Below, in pieces: positions 46,409 through 55,876 of a stretch of 64,000 nt of DNA (positions within the stretch are counted from its first letter, which is position 1; each line of letters starts with the position of its first letter). The position numbers and the translations under genes are program-made. The notes beneath the pieces were generated by a model. That model was not told the origin of the DNA, searched no databases, and saw nothing but the letters and a program-made list of their open reading frames with translations. This DNA comes from Candidatus Obscuribacteraceae bacterium. GTDB taxonomy: Bacteria; Cyanobacteriota; Vampirovibrionia; Obscuribacterales; Obscuribacteraceae. The stretch is taken from the NCBI GenBank assembly GCA_044226015.1, contig JBGAHS010000003.1:32001-96000 (forward strand), written 5' to 3'.

Positions 46409-46848
46409 GCCTGATACATTGAATAATCACTGTGGCATCTTTCATGATCACAGCAAAGCTTCTGCGCTTGATACACTGAACAATCACGAGTGGCATCTCT
46501 CTTGATCACAGCAAAGCTTCTGCGCTTGATACACTGAACAATCACGAGTGGCATCTTTCATGATCACAGCAAAGCTTCTGCGCTTGATACATTGAATAAT
46601 CACTGTGGCATCTTTCTGATCACAGCAAAGCTTCTGCGCTCGATACATTGAATAATCACGGTGGCACCCCTCATAATCCCAGCAAAGCTTCTGCGCTTGA
46701 TACACTGAACAATCACGGTGGCCCCCCTCTTAATCCCAGCAAAGCTTCTGCGCTCGATACATTGAATAATCACGGTGGCACCCCTCATAATCCCAGCAAA
46801 GCTTCTGCGCTCGATACATTGAACAATCACGAGTGGCATCTCTCATGA
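46397..46848. repeat. 56-58 bp tandem array, 8 copies, first copy overlapping the upstream stop codon
   Basis: CAAAGCTTCTGCGCTYGATACAYTGAAYAATCAC..GTGGCA.. at 46397, 46454, 46512, 46570, 46626, 46683, 46740, 46797. Confidence 0.95.
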
Positions 46849-47093
46849 TGCCACCATAAATATAAACCGCAGCTCATCTGGCGACTGAAGAGTGGCTCAC
46901 AGCCTTTAATAAGCGCTCATAAAAATTGGTCCCAGTGGGACAACCCGCATCCCTTCGCTTGGATAATATCGCAAGGTATATATACTTGACATGGGGTATC
47001 GGGGATGAGGCTGGTGTTCATATTTGTAGTCAACCACAGGTTGACTGAGCCAACTCATCTGGCGCAAACCGCCATTAGATAAGGAACACAAGT

Positions 47094-49010
47094 ATGGGCG
47101 TAACGCAAGAAATCGATCACAGGGCCAGCAAGGACAGTGGTGCCGAAAAGCTCACTGGCAATTCCGATGCTAATGGAATTGCTCTAGACGCTGGAAAAAT
47201 TTGGATGACTCTGGCTGCCGCGCACGACCATGGTCAAAAATCGCCTCGAATACCTGGCTTACCCGATCTTGATGTTCACAGCAAGGCCGAATCAAATCCC
47301 GACAACAAGGGTCACCACACCGTCGCAGAGGAGATGCTGGACGACCTGAACACTCTTATGCAAACCAATGGCAAGGTTGATGTTCTGAATCAGCAAGCAG
47401 CCAAATCGCTCGACGGAACTCACAAAAACGGAGACCTACCAGTAATACAAACCGATAAGTTGCCGCCCGGCAAAATCGGAATCATCATGACTAAAAACCC
47501 TGATGGTCACACGTACTACACACCATTCATTTCTGCTGGCGGCGACGCACAAGCACGACCAGACTCATCAATAAAAATCAACGACTCAGCTGCACGAGAG
47601 CTAAAAATTGATGAGGCACTGAAGAAAGGTCAAAATCCCAAGCTTGATATTTTTGCTTTCAATTTAGAAGATGACGAAAGGCACGGCATTATCATGCCGC
47701 GCACGAAGGACGACTTGCATGAGTTAGTGCTGGAGAAGCTCCATAATCTTGCCGAGGATGAAAGAGAGAGAATTGCTCTTGAGCGAGTTAAGGAACAACA
47801 AACACGTCCTGAAGCACCAAAGCCAGATCCTGAATTTGGATATCGCAGAACCGAAAGAAGCCCAGAAGAACTGCGCAAAATATCCGAAGACTTCGCAAAA
47901 CAAGCACGGGCATTCATGGATGCAGCTGAACCAGCTGGCATTCAAGAGCGAATGAAAGCCGCAGAACAACAAGCACAAAAGGAAATCACACAGTATCAAG
48001 GCGAACTGAACAAAAAGGCAGCGGAGGAAACTCGCGCAGTTAGAGAAGCCTCACGCCTTGAAAAACAGGCTCAACAAATACTAAATCCTGAAAGCGACAA
48101 GGCCAAGAAGCTGGCGCCACGGGTTTCAGCAGCTCAGGAAAAAGCTGAGGCTGCCACCACTGCCAAACAACTCGCGGATTACAATTTATCGTATGCACAG
48201 CAGGAATTGAGAATTTCCAAAGACGAAGCTCTATTCACCAGACACATGCAAGCCAAGGCAAGTGCAGCGGCGATCATGTCATTGAACCCCGATATGGAAG
48301 GGGCGCTCAAAGGTCACAGATTCGTGTTGAACGCCGGCCACTATCCAGAAGATCCGAAATTTCCGGGATTCGAATATGACGGCACAGCAGAATGGAAGCT
48401 CAACCACGAATCAGAAGATGTGGCCGGCGCTATGGTCAAAATGGCCGGTGGAGCAGTTAAGTTAGTCAACCAAGCAGATCTCAAAGACCGCACCATGACT
48501 GGACTTGCCAATGCAATCAAAGCTGCGAAGCCAGAGGTAGCAGTGGGAATTCACCACGATGATGGCGAAAATAGAGAAGCCGACATCATGAAAGGCACAC
48601 TCACACTTGAGTGCGGTAAAACTACAGGAGCATGGAGCACAGACTTTGCCAACGCAGCGCACATGGCAAAACTGAACTATGCAGGTCTGCCGGAAAAGGT
48701 CAACAAGAACGGCGTTCCTGTTGGAATTCGTGAGCAATGCGGCAGAGGCGTACAAGGCAGAAATGTTGGCGCTCCATTCATTCTCGATGAACAGCTTTCA
48801 ACACAGAAGGACATGTGGAAGCTGGCTCGCGATCCGAAAGCAAATGCACAAATTCAATTTGCAAGAGTGGTGGCATTCTACGAATACGTAAACAAAATGC
48901 CCAGATACAAAACGACTCCTGACACTGCACAAGAATACAAAGACAAGATCTGGAGCAAAACCACAGTAGACGATGTCTTCAAGCGTCACCCCAAAGTTGG
49001 TGACTGGTAA
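47094..49010 (+). CDS. Protein with a central coiled coil and a C-terminal N-acetylmuramoyl-L-alanine amidase (Amidase_3)-like domain
   Basis: FVLNAGH, AEWKLN, VAVGIHHD, PFILDE match the H/E/H zinc ligands and catalytic E; AAGGA RBS; no signal peptide. Confidence 0.75.
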   Translation: MGVTQEIDHRASKDSGAEKLTGNSDANGIALDAGKIWMTLAAAHDHGQKSPRIPGLPDLDVHSKAESNPDNKGHHTVAEEMLDDLNTLMQTNGKVDVLNQQAAKSLDGTHKNGDLPVIQTDKLPPGKIGIIMTKNPDGHTYYTPFISAGGDAQARPDSSIKINDSAARELKIDEALKKGQNPKLDIFAFNLEDDERHGIIMPRTKDDLHELVLEKLHNLAEDERERIALERVKEQQTRPEAPKPDPEFGYRRTERSPEELRKISEDFAKQARAFMDAAEPAGIQERMKAAEQQAQKEITQYQGELNKKAAEETRAVREASRLEKQAQQILNPESDKAKKLAPRVSAAQEKAEAATTAKQLADYNLSYAQQELRISKDEALFTRHMQAKASAAAIMSLNPDMEGALKGHRFVLNAGHYPEDPKFPGFEYDGTAEWKLNHESEDVAGAMVKMAGGAVKLVNQADLKDRTMTGLANAIKAAKPEVAVGIHHDDGENREADIMKGTLTLECGKTTGAWSTDFANAAHMAKLNYAGLPEKVNKNGVPVGIREQCGRGVQGRNVGAPFILDEQLSTQKDMWKLARDPKANAQIQFARVVAFYEYVNKMPRYKTTPDTAQEYKDKIWSKTTVDDVFKRHPKVGDW

Positions 49011-49124
49011 GTCTAGGGTTAACCCCAGTCCACTTGAGCGCAAATCCCATAACGCATTCGCTCTGGCATGCCAGAATGGAAGTGAGCCTTGGCGTGCTCA
49101 CGACCCGCAATTCTGGCGAGAACA

Positions 49125-51722
49125 ATGGAATACATTCGCGCGCCTGAACCGTTGGTTCAGTTGATTATGCTGTCAATTTTCATGTTTCTGTCCGGCTACC
49201 AATTCGGTAAGCGGGCGCTACCGACAGGCAATTCAAACCACACAATAGCACAACAGACTCCGAAACAAAGACGACCACCACGCAAACATCTTAACAGCTG
49301 GCTCTTACCAAACATCAAGCTCCTCAGAGTTGAACCGAGTCCAGCACAGTCCAAACATGAGAACATTGACCAACGGCGGGAAAGATACATAGGCGAATTC
49401 CAACAGATTGAAAATGAGCGCCGACGAATTGCAAAGGAACTGCACGACGAAATACTTCCCCAACTATCAAGGTTAAAACGAAAACTTGAGAAAGCGGAAG
49501 CAAGCGAAACGCAGCAACTAAGCATTTCAACCCTGCACATATGCATAGACGCTTTCAGAGATCTTCTCGGCGAATTACATCCGGTAGATCTGGAAGAGTT
49601 TGGATTGGTCTCAGCCATCAGCAACATTTGCAGCCGACATGCTCGCCTCACAGGACTTCTAATCAACTGCATCGAACGCATTGAAGACTTCAATCTGTCA
49701 GATCAACAGGCGCTTTATCTGTACAGAGCATTTCAGATAGTAATGCAACTCTTCTCTTCATCTGGCAACGACATGCTTTTAGTCACTTGTGAGCGCACAG
49801 GCTCCTCGCAAAACCAAAACCAGATAACGCTTAGATCCATAGACCGCAGAGTTGAAAGCGCAGACTGGCTCGGCGAAGGTATGCCAGGCTTCCTAGAATT
49901 CGAAATGCTGTGTGAAATAGCAGGAGCAAAAGTAGAGTTTAACCAAAAACGCAAAGACGGCTACCCCATCGACATTGTTTTAACATTCAGTGCTGCCAAT
50001 GAAAGCTCCGGCAAAGGGCTTGGAAAAACAACAGCTCACGAAGCTCTTCCGGATCTCATAGCGCTAACAGACTCCAGAGCTCTTAGAGAATCCGCAGCCC
50101 TAACAGACGACTCCGTAGCTCTAACAGATCACGCAACCCAAACAGACGACTCCGTAGCTCTCACAGAGTCCGCAGCCCTAACGGATCCCATAGCTCTTCC
50201 AGACTCCGCAGCTCTTACAGAGTCCGCAGCCCTAACGGATCCCATAGCTCTTCCAGACTCCGCAGCTCTTACAGAGTCCGCAGCCCTAGCGGATCCCGCA
50301 GCCCTAACGGATCCCGTAGCTCTTCCAGACTCCGCAGCTCTTACAGAGTCCGCAGCTCTTACAGAGTCCGCAGCCCTAGCGGATCCCGCAGCCCTAACAG
50401 ACGACTCCGTAGCTCTAACAGACGACTCCGTAGCTCTAACAGATCCCGCAACCCTAACAGACGACTCCGTAGCTCTAACAGATCCCGCAACCCTAACAGA
50501 CGACTCCGTAGCTCTCACAGAGTCCGCAGCCCTAACAGACTCCAGAGCTCCTAGAGAATCCGCAGCCCTAACGGATCCCGTAGCTCTTCCAGACTCCGCA
50601 GCCCTAACAGACTCCACCGCTCTTAGAGAATCCGCAGCTCTTACAGAGTCCGCAGCCCTAGCGGATCCCATAGCCCTAACGGATCCCGTAGCTCTTCCAG
50701 ACTCCACAGCTCTTACAGAGTCCGCAGCCCTAGCGGATCACGTAACTCTTCCAGACTCCACAGCTCTTACAGAGTCCGCAGCCCTAGCGGATCACGTAGC
50801 TCTTCCAGAGTCCAAAACTATTTGGTTGAACTGCAAAAAGGGATACACACAAGTAACACGCTACGCAAAAGTAATCGGCTCTCCTCAAGAAACAAAAGCC
50901 ACAGAAGCTGCACGAATTGCGAATAGCGGTTCCACCACATCAAACGGATCAGCACAAGCAAACGGATCAGCACAAGCAAACGGATCAGCACAAGCAAACG
51001 GATCAACACGACCGCAGGCAACCGAGTCAACAGGTATAAACGCATCAAGCAAAAAAACAAGAACAAGCGGATTAACCGAACCTGCAGAACTCTCCTTGGA
51101 AGAAGAGCGAAATAGAATAACAAGGCTGATCAAGATCATGACCCTCCCGCAAATCGAAAGACTGTCACTCTGCGCCAGACAAAGTGAATCCGCTAAAGAC
51201 AATTCAATCAGCAGTTTTGTACAATCGATCCACTCCAGACTAGAAAATATTATCGCAAACCACCACCCGGCAGCTTTGTTCGACAAGACCATATCCTCGG
51301 CTATAAAAACACTGTTAGTGAATTTTCACCAGGCAACATGCACCTCATTCATAATGATTACGAGCCCAGCATTCCACGGCTTACAAGTCGACGTAGCTAC
51401 AACACTCGCTATCTATCGCATCACACAAGAAGCACTAAACAACATCGAAAAGCACTCTGATGCAAACTGTGTCCGCGTAACTGCCGTCGAACACGACGAG
51501 ATAATTGAATTCAATATTGAAGACGATGGTCGTGGCATCAGTCTCAAACCAGATCAAGAACACCGCGGACTGCGCATCATGAAGGAACGAGCAAGCGACA
51601 TAGGTGCAGAATTCAAAATTAGCACAGCATATAGTTTTGCACAGGGAACCCTGATTTCAATTTCGCTACCAAAGACGAAACTGCAGTCGAAGCTTAGGGA
51701 GAACCCCAAATCGTTCTTGTAG
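49125..51722 (+). CDS. NarX-type (HisKA_3) histidine kinase with a tandem-duplicated kinase core and repeat linker
   Basis: ERRRIAKELHDE H-box; C-terminal IYRITQEALNNIEKHS, IEDDGRG, GLRIMKERA, GT; one N-terminal TM helix. Confidence 0.85.
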   Translation: MEYIRAPEPLVQLIMLSIFMFLSGYQFGKRALPTGNSNHTIAQQTPKQRRPPRKHLNSWLLPNIKLLRVEPSPAQSKHENIDQRRERYIGEFQQIENERRRIAKELHDEILPQLSRLKRKLEKAEASETQQLSISTLHICIDAFRDLLGELHPVDLEEFGLVSAISNICSRHARLTGLLINCIERIEDFNLSDQQALYLYRAFQIVMQLFSSSGNDMLLVTCERTGSSQNQNQITLRSIDRRVESADWLGEGMPGFLEFEMLCEIAGAKVEFNQKRKDGYPIDIVLTFSAANESSGKGLGKTTAHEALPDLIALTDSRALRESAALTDDSVALTDHATQTDDSVALTESAALTDPIALPDSAALTESAALTDPIALPDSAALTESAALADPAALTDPVALPDSAALTESAALTESAALADPAALTDDSVALTDDSVALTDPATLTDDSVALTDPATLTDDSVALTESAALTDSRAPRESAALTDPVALPDSAALTDSTALRESAALTESAALADPIALTDPVALPDSTALTESAALADHVTLPDSTALTESAALADHVALPESKTIWLNCKKGYTQVTRYAKVIGSPQETKATEAARIANSGSTTSNGSAQANGSAQANGSAQANGSTRPQATESTGINASSKKTRTSGLTEPAELSLEEERNRITRLIKIMTLPQIERLSLCARQSESAKDNSISSFVQSIHSRLENIIANHHPAALFDKTISSAIKTLLVNFHQATCTSFIMITSPAFHGLQVDVATTLAIYRITQEALNNIEKHSDANCVRVTAVEHDEIIEFNIEDDGRGISLKPDQEHRGLRIMKERASDIGAEFKISTAYSFAQGTLISISLPKTKLQSKLRENPKSFL
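50041..50812 (+). repeat. In-frame 18/21-bp repeats (ALTESA/ALTDPV/ALPDSA/ALTDDSV), ~40 units
   Basis: Direct reading of the translation and DNA; also ANGSAQ-type repeats at ~50943-51005. Confidence 0.9.
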
Positions 51723-51813
51723 GGCTCCTCAGTAACAAGTCCAATCCAAATTGAAATAATCCAAATAGACCACTGGCGCAGACGACTCATAAGCGCCTGG
51801 CAAAGAGGATCCC

Positions 51814-52392
51814 ATGGCGCTGCTAAATATTCACACGAGAGAAATCGCTTGCAAGATTGTCTACTATGGCACCGGACTCGGTGGCAAAACAACCAACCTC
51901 AAATACATTTACAGTCAATTATCTCCTGTTACACGAACTGAAATGATAAGCCTCGCTACAGAAACTGAACGAACCCTATTCTTTGATTACATGGGGCTCG
52001 ACCTGGGTCAAGTTCAGGGATTCAAAACCAAATTTTCTCTTTATACTGTGCCGGGTCAGGTTGAGTATAACTCAAGTAGAAAACTACTCTTGAATGGCGT
52101 TGATGGAATTATATTTGTTGCAGACTCAGAACGAATACGCCAAAGAGAAAACATCGATTCTATCAAAAACATGAAAGAAAACATGCTCTCAGTCGGCATT
52201 ATGCCCGAATCAATTCCTATTGTCTTGCAATACAACAAGCGTGACCTTGCTCAAGTCATGAGCCTCGACGAACTGGAAAATGACCTGAATCCAAACAATG
52301 CCCCTAGTTTTGAAGCTGTAGCTTCCGATGGACTCGGCGTTTTCGCAACCCTACGACAAATAAGCAAATTAGTCTTGAACAGGTTACAATGA
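51814..52392 (+). CDS. mglA: MglA-family small Ras-like GTPase
   Basis: KIVYYGTGLGGKTTNL, TETERTLFFD, YTVPGQVEY, GVDGIIFVADS, QYNKRDL, EAVA; GAGGA RBS. Confidence 0.92.
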   Translation: MALLNIHTREIACKIVYYGTGLGGKTTNLKYIYSQLSPVTRTEMISLATETERTLFFDYMGLDLGQVQGFKTKFSLYTVPGQVEYNSSRKLLLNGVDGIIFVADSERIRQRENIDSIKNMKENMLSVGIMPESIPIVLQYNKRDLAQVMSLDELENDLNPNNAPSFEAVASDGLGVFATLRQISKLVLNRLQ

Positions 52393-52447
52393 TTGTTGTC
52401 GTCAATAAAATTGCATCACTAGCGCCTGAGATTAAGGAGTAATCGCA

Positions 52448-53143
52448 GTGGGAATAGTTATTGCCGACGACCAGGACAGAGAGCGTATCTGGCTCAAGAA
52501 CTTACTCAGCAAACACCTCTCGCATATGGCTCCAATTTACGAAGCACAAGATGGAAGAGAAGCTATCGAACTTGTGCTTCAACACAAACCTCCAGTCGTT
52601 TTTCTAGATATCGAGATGCCAGTATTGTCCGGTATAAAAAGTGCCGAACAAATACTTCAAGCCCTTCCTCTCACCGGAATCATCATTTTGTCGCACCACT
52701 CGGACGAAGTCTTCGTGCGCAAGCTATGGAAACTGGTGCCAGCAGATGGCGCATTTGGCTACGTTTTGAAAGATTCTTCCGACCAACAAGTCATCGATGC
52801 AGCCAAAGCAGTCCTCGGTGGAGACTGCTGGATACATCCTCGAATCCAAAGAATCATCAGGCGGGCAGAAAGTGGCGCCACGGGTCTAACTGACGCAGAG
52901 TTCGAAGTCCTCGTCTACATAGCACTGGGCTTCACCGATAAAGCAATCGCTAAACGCCTTTACATTACAGAAAAGGCTGTGCAGGCTCGGCTGAAATGCC
53001 TCTATACAAAGTTCGGAATCCCAATGAAGGGTGTTTCCGAAGAAGACGAATACAACCATCGCTGCAGAGCGCTAAACATCTCATTCCGACGCGGTCTGAT
53101 CAATCGCGCAGAACTCGCAGACTGGGAAGACCAGATTGCTTGA
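52448..53143 (+). CDS. NarL/FixJ-family response regulator (REC + LuxR HTH)
   Basis: IADD, FLDIEMP, GYVLKD; LTDAEFEVL..IALGFTDKAIAKRLYITEKAV; AAGGAG RBS. Confidence 0.93.
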   Translation: MGIVIADDQDRERIWLKNLLSKHLSHMAPIYEAQDGREAIELVLQHKPPVVFLDIEMPVLSGIKSAEQILQALPLTGIIILSHHSDEVFVRKLWKLVPADGAFGYVLKDSSDQQVIDAAKAVLGGDCWIHPRIQRIIRRAESGATGLTDAEFEVLVYIALGFTDKAIAKRLYITEKAVQARLKCLYTKFGIPMKGVSEEDEYNHRCRALNISFRRGLINRAELADWEDQIA

Positions 53144-53188
53144 AGCGCAGCAACAGCTGCTGGACTTTCTGATTCTGAAATGACACAG

Positions 53189-54421
53189 CTAAGAATTTGA
53201 TGGCATAAACGCAATCAAATGCCTGCTGGAACTTTGCTCCTGAGCACATGGCAAAGTCGCCCGCCAATTGTTCAACTGCTGATTCCTCACAGCTGCATTG
53301 CCTGTTCCGATTCCCAAGGAACGGAAGAAGTTTCGCGCAGTTGCAACCTCACACTCCAGGTCACAAACATCTTTTCCATCGAACCGGAAGTAAAAACTCA
53401 TTTGCGCGGCAATCGGTGTCAATAAAGCATTGTCACCATGCTTCTTAATCGTCTTTGAAAGCTTCAGTTTGGAAATCGGATCACTGGCAACCCAGGGAGA
53501 AATAAAAATGGATGCGTGAGCACTCGGAATATCAGAAAGCGCTGCAGATAGCCAGGAAAAGCTTCTCGTTGCCGGCAGCTGATCCACATTGATAGTGATC
53601 GCCCTGCGCTCATTTATTTGCATGCACCGCTCTGTAGAACGCAATACCTTATCGCGGAAAGATGGTTCCCAACCAAGAACTCCCACACTTCTCCAGTCTT
53701 TGTTCAGCTGAGAGCGATTGCCACACTTTCCAAACTCTTCTGAAATCAGCTGACGAACTTCACGCGCATTCAGAATTTTGGGCGTGACACCCAGCGTGAT
53801 CAGACGCTCTATAACTCCGTCAAGCACGCGTTTTACTTGAATCAAAGGGGGCAATTCATCTTTGTCCACAGAATTGTCTGTATTCAACTTTGTGACGACG
53901 ATATAGAGTTCAGACCGCTGCTGCCCAGAATCCGCTTCTGGAAAAATCAGTTGAAACCTGGCTTTTTCAAATCTTGCCAAATCCGCAAAGAGCATTTCCA
54001 ATAAAAGCGCTTGTGCATTTGTAGAAATACGGTGCGGAAGAGTGCACTTCAGAATGCGCTGCAGCTCGCCACCTCGTGCATGAATAATGCCATCTAAGTT
54101 GTCTTGCGGATCCTTTCCGCCAACATAGTCGAGTCGCAATCCAGCAATTTCGCTTGCGTTCTTCGGTGCAGCCATTAGCTCTCGTCGAGGAAATAAGCGC
54201 GAGAAAAGCAGCGGCGGCTGACGCCGAAAGAGTCGAGCCAGAAGGATGCTGTATGTGAAAAGAGATGACCCAAGAACGAGCCCTGCGGCCCAACTGTGCA
54301 ATAGCTGAGCACTCAAAAGCCCAAACGGTACACTCAGGGCAACAGCAAAACTGCCCAAAGCAAAAGAATCCATCTGGGGCTGACGGAGTGTTTTCTTCTC
54401 AGCCTGTTTTAGAATAAGCAT
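53189..54421 (-). CDS. Hypothetical membrane protein, weakly reminiscent of a VirB4/TraC N-terminal region without ATPase
   Basis: Two N-terminal TM helices; C-terminal QQLNNWRATLP; no Walker A motif. Confidence 0.6.
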   Translation of the reverse strand: MLILKQAEKKTLRQPQMDSFALGSFAVALSVPFGLLSAQLLHSWAAGLVLGSSLFTYSILLARLFRRQPPLLFSRLFPRRELMAAPKNASEIAGLRLDYVGGKDPQDNLDGIIHARGGELQRILKCTLPHRISTNAQALLLEMLFADLARFEKARFQLIFPEADSGQQRSELYIVVTKLNTDNSVDKDELPPLIQVKRVLDGVIERLITLGVTPKILNAREVRQLISEEFGKCGNRSQLNKDWRSVGVLGWEPSFRDKVLRSTERCMQINERRAITINVDQLPATRSFSWLSAALSDIPSAHASIFISPWVASDPISKLKLSKTIKKHGDNALLTPIAAQMSFYFRFDGKDVCDLECEVATARNFFRSLGIGTGNAAVRNQQLNNWRATLPCAQEQSSSRHLIAFMPSNS

Positions 54422-55032
54422 CAAACGATTCCCTGCAACCGAGATCCTAGCAACAAAAGTTGCCCACCATATACGCCTATCTCGAAGGTACTTTGTATAT
54501 AGAAAATGTCGATACGGGTTTTTCCCCCAAATAGAAACGAGCCAATATCCACAGTCCTTTGCGGACTTAACACTTGTCACATCTTCCGACGACACAGGTC
54601 AGCCAAAAGTGCCTCAAGGTTACGCGAAGTTACGAAGCGTCCACAGCCGCGAAGTCTGGATGGAACTCTTGGGTCTTACATTTTCAGCTTGATTTGATCG
54701 TAGACACCCACTAAATGTCGTAAGTAAACCATCTTGCAAAACCAAAAAATAGTGATAAAAAACAATCACAGACAAGTTTTGGGCAGAAACCAGTGGGGCA
54801 ACAGCGAGACTGCAATGCACCACATCCAGTACCACCTAATTTCAGGCAGAAAGACTTGATTCCCCGTACAAACAATACTGATCACTTCACCTAAAAACAA
54901 TATCACCCTAAAACCGGCTTCCACTCGCCATGCTACGTGATTTCACCCCACAAAAATCACGCTAAACTCACGCAAAAAAAAATAGTTTCGACTCATCAAG
55001 AAAGGTCCCAATTCTTCTACAGGAGCCATCCG

Positions 55033-55617
55033 ATGTCGGACAACATAACAAGACCAGCAAGATTCGATGAAGAGCAAAAAATGAACAAAGCACAAGACAC
55101 CTTCATTTACGAAGCCATCACGTACATGAAGTCTGGCTATCCCATGGAAAAAGGTCAGGGAGTAGTAAGCCTAAACAGTACTGGCGACCTTGAGATAAAA
55201 GGACTAAACGCCGACAAAAGCATAATAGATTGGGACGTGAAACTATCAGGCACCATTAAAGGCACATGGCCCGAGTTTGAACTAGTTACAAACTCGAACG
55301 TTGCCAAAAACTATTCCATCGTTCACAAAGAAAACGTCAACTACAAAACTGGCACAAGCCAGGAAGAATATTTTTTCACAGGAAGAAAAGACAAAGGAGA
55401 AATGAGCGGCTCGTGTCAATCGCTTGACGATGGCAGCAAAGTCTGTGACCTCAAATTTACCGGCGGAACAGCACACGTCGAGCAGTCCGCGGCGAAGAAT
55501 GGTACAGTCGAATCCACAATAGGCGTCAAAACAAAAGAAGGCGAGCAGTCAATCAATTTGACTTACACAACATCAAAGGACATCGCGACCTATTCATACG
55601 AAAAGTCCAAAAAGTAG
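55033..55617 (+). CDS. Hypothetical beta-rich protein (194 aa); paralog of 1..207
   Basis: AGGAG RBS, downstream terminator, gap-free similarity to the ORF at the window start. Confidence 0.8.
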   Translation: MSDNITRPARFDEEQKMNKAQDTFIYEAITYMKSGYPMEKGQGVVSLNSTGDLEIKGLNADKSIIDWDVKLSGTIKGTWPEFELVTNSNVAKNYSIVHKENVNYKTGTSQEEYFFTGRKDKGEMSGSCQSLDDGSKVCDLKFTGGTAHVEQSAAKNGTVESTIGVKTKEGEQSINLTYTTSKDIATYSYEKSKK

Positions 55618-55639
55618 TCATCCAAATCGAAACTAGATC

Positions 55640-55677
55640 AAGAAATAGGGAGGGAGACCCCCCTATTTCTTTTTTTT
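55640..55677 (+). terminator. Intrinsic terminator
   Basis: AAGAAATAGGG...CCCTATTTCTT followed by a T run. Confidence 0.85.
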
Positions 55678-55876
55678 CGGTCCGACAGAGCACCAAGCGC
55701 CTCAATACATTAACGAGATCCAATCTTTACGCTTTTGCACAGTAAGCTCATCACGCTAAATTCACTCGCCCTGCATAAAAAATGTGACAAACACACATTC
55801 AAGAAGAGTGTTTCTTTCAGCACAAGGCTCGCAATTGCAAACCACAGGCGAGCACACCTCAATGGAGAACTTCTAT

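Noticed and set aside
45259..46848. CRISPR interpretation of the 50-bp and 57-bp arrays
   Set aside because: Whole units are repeated with only point variation; there is no repeat/unique-spacer alternation.
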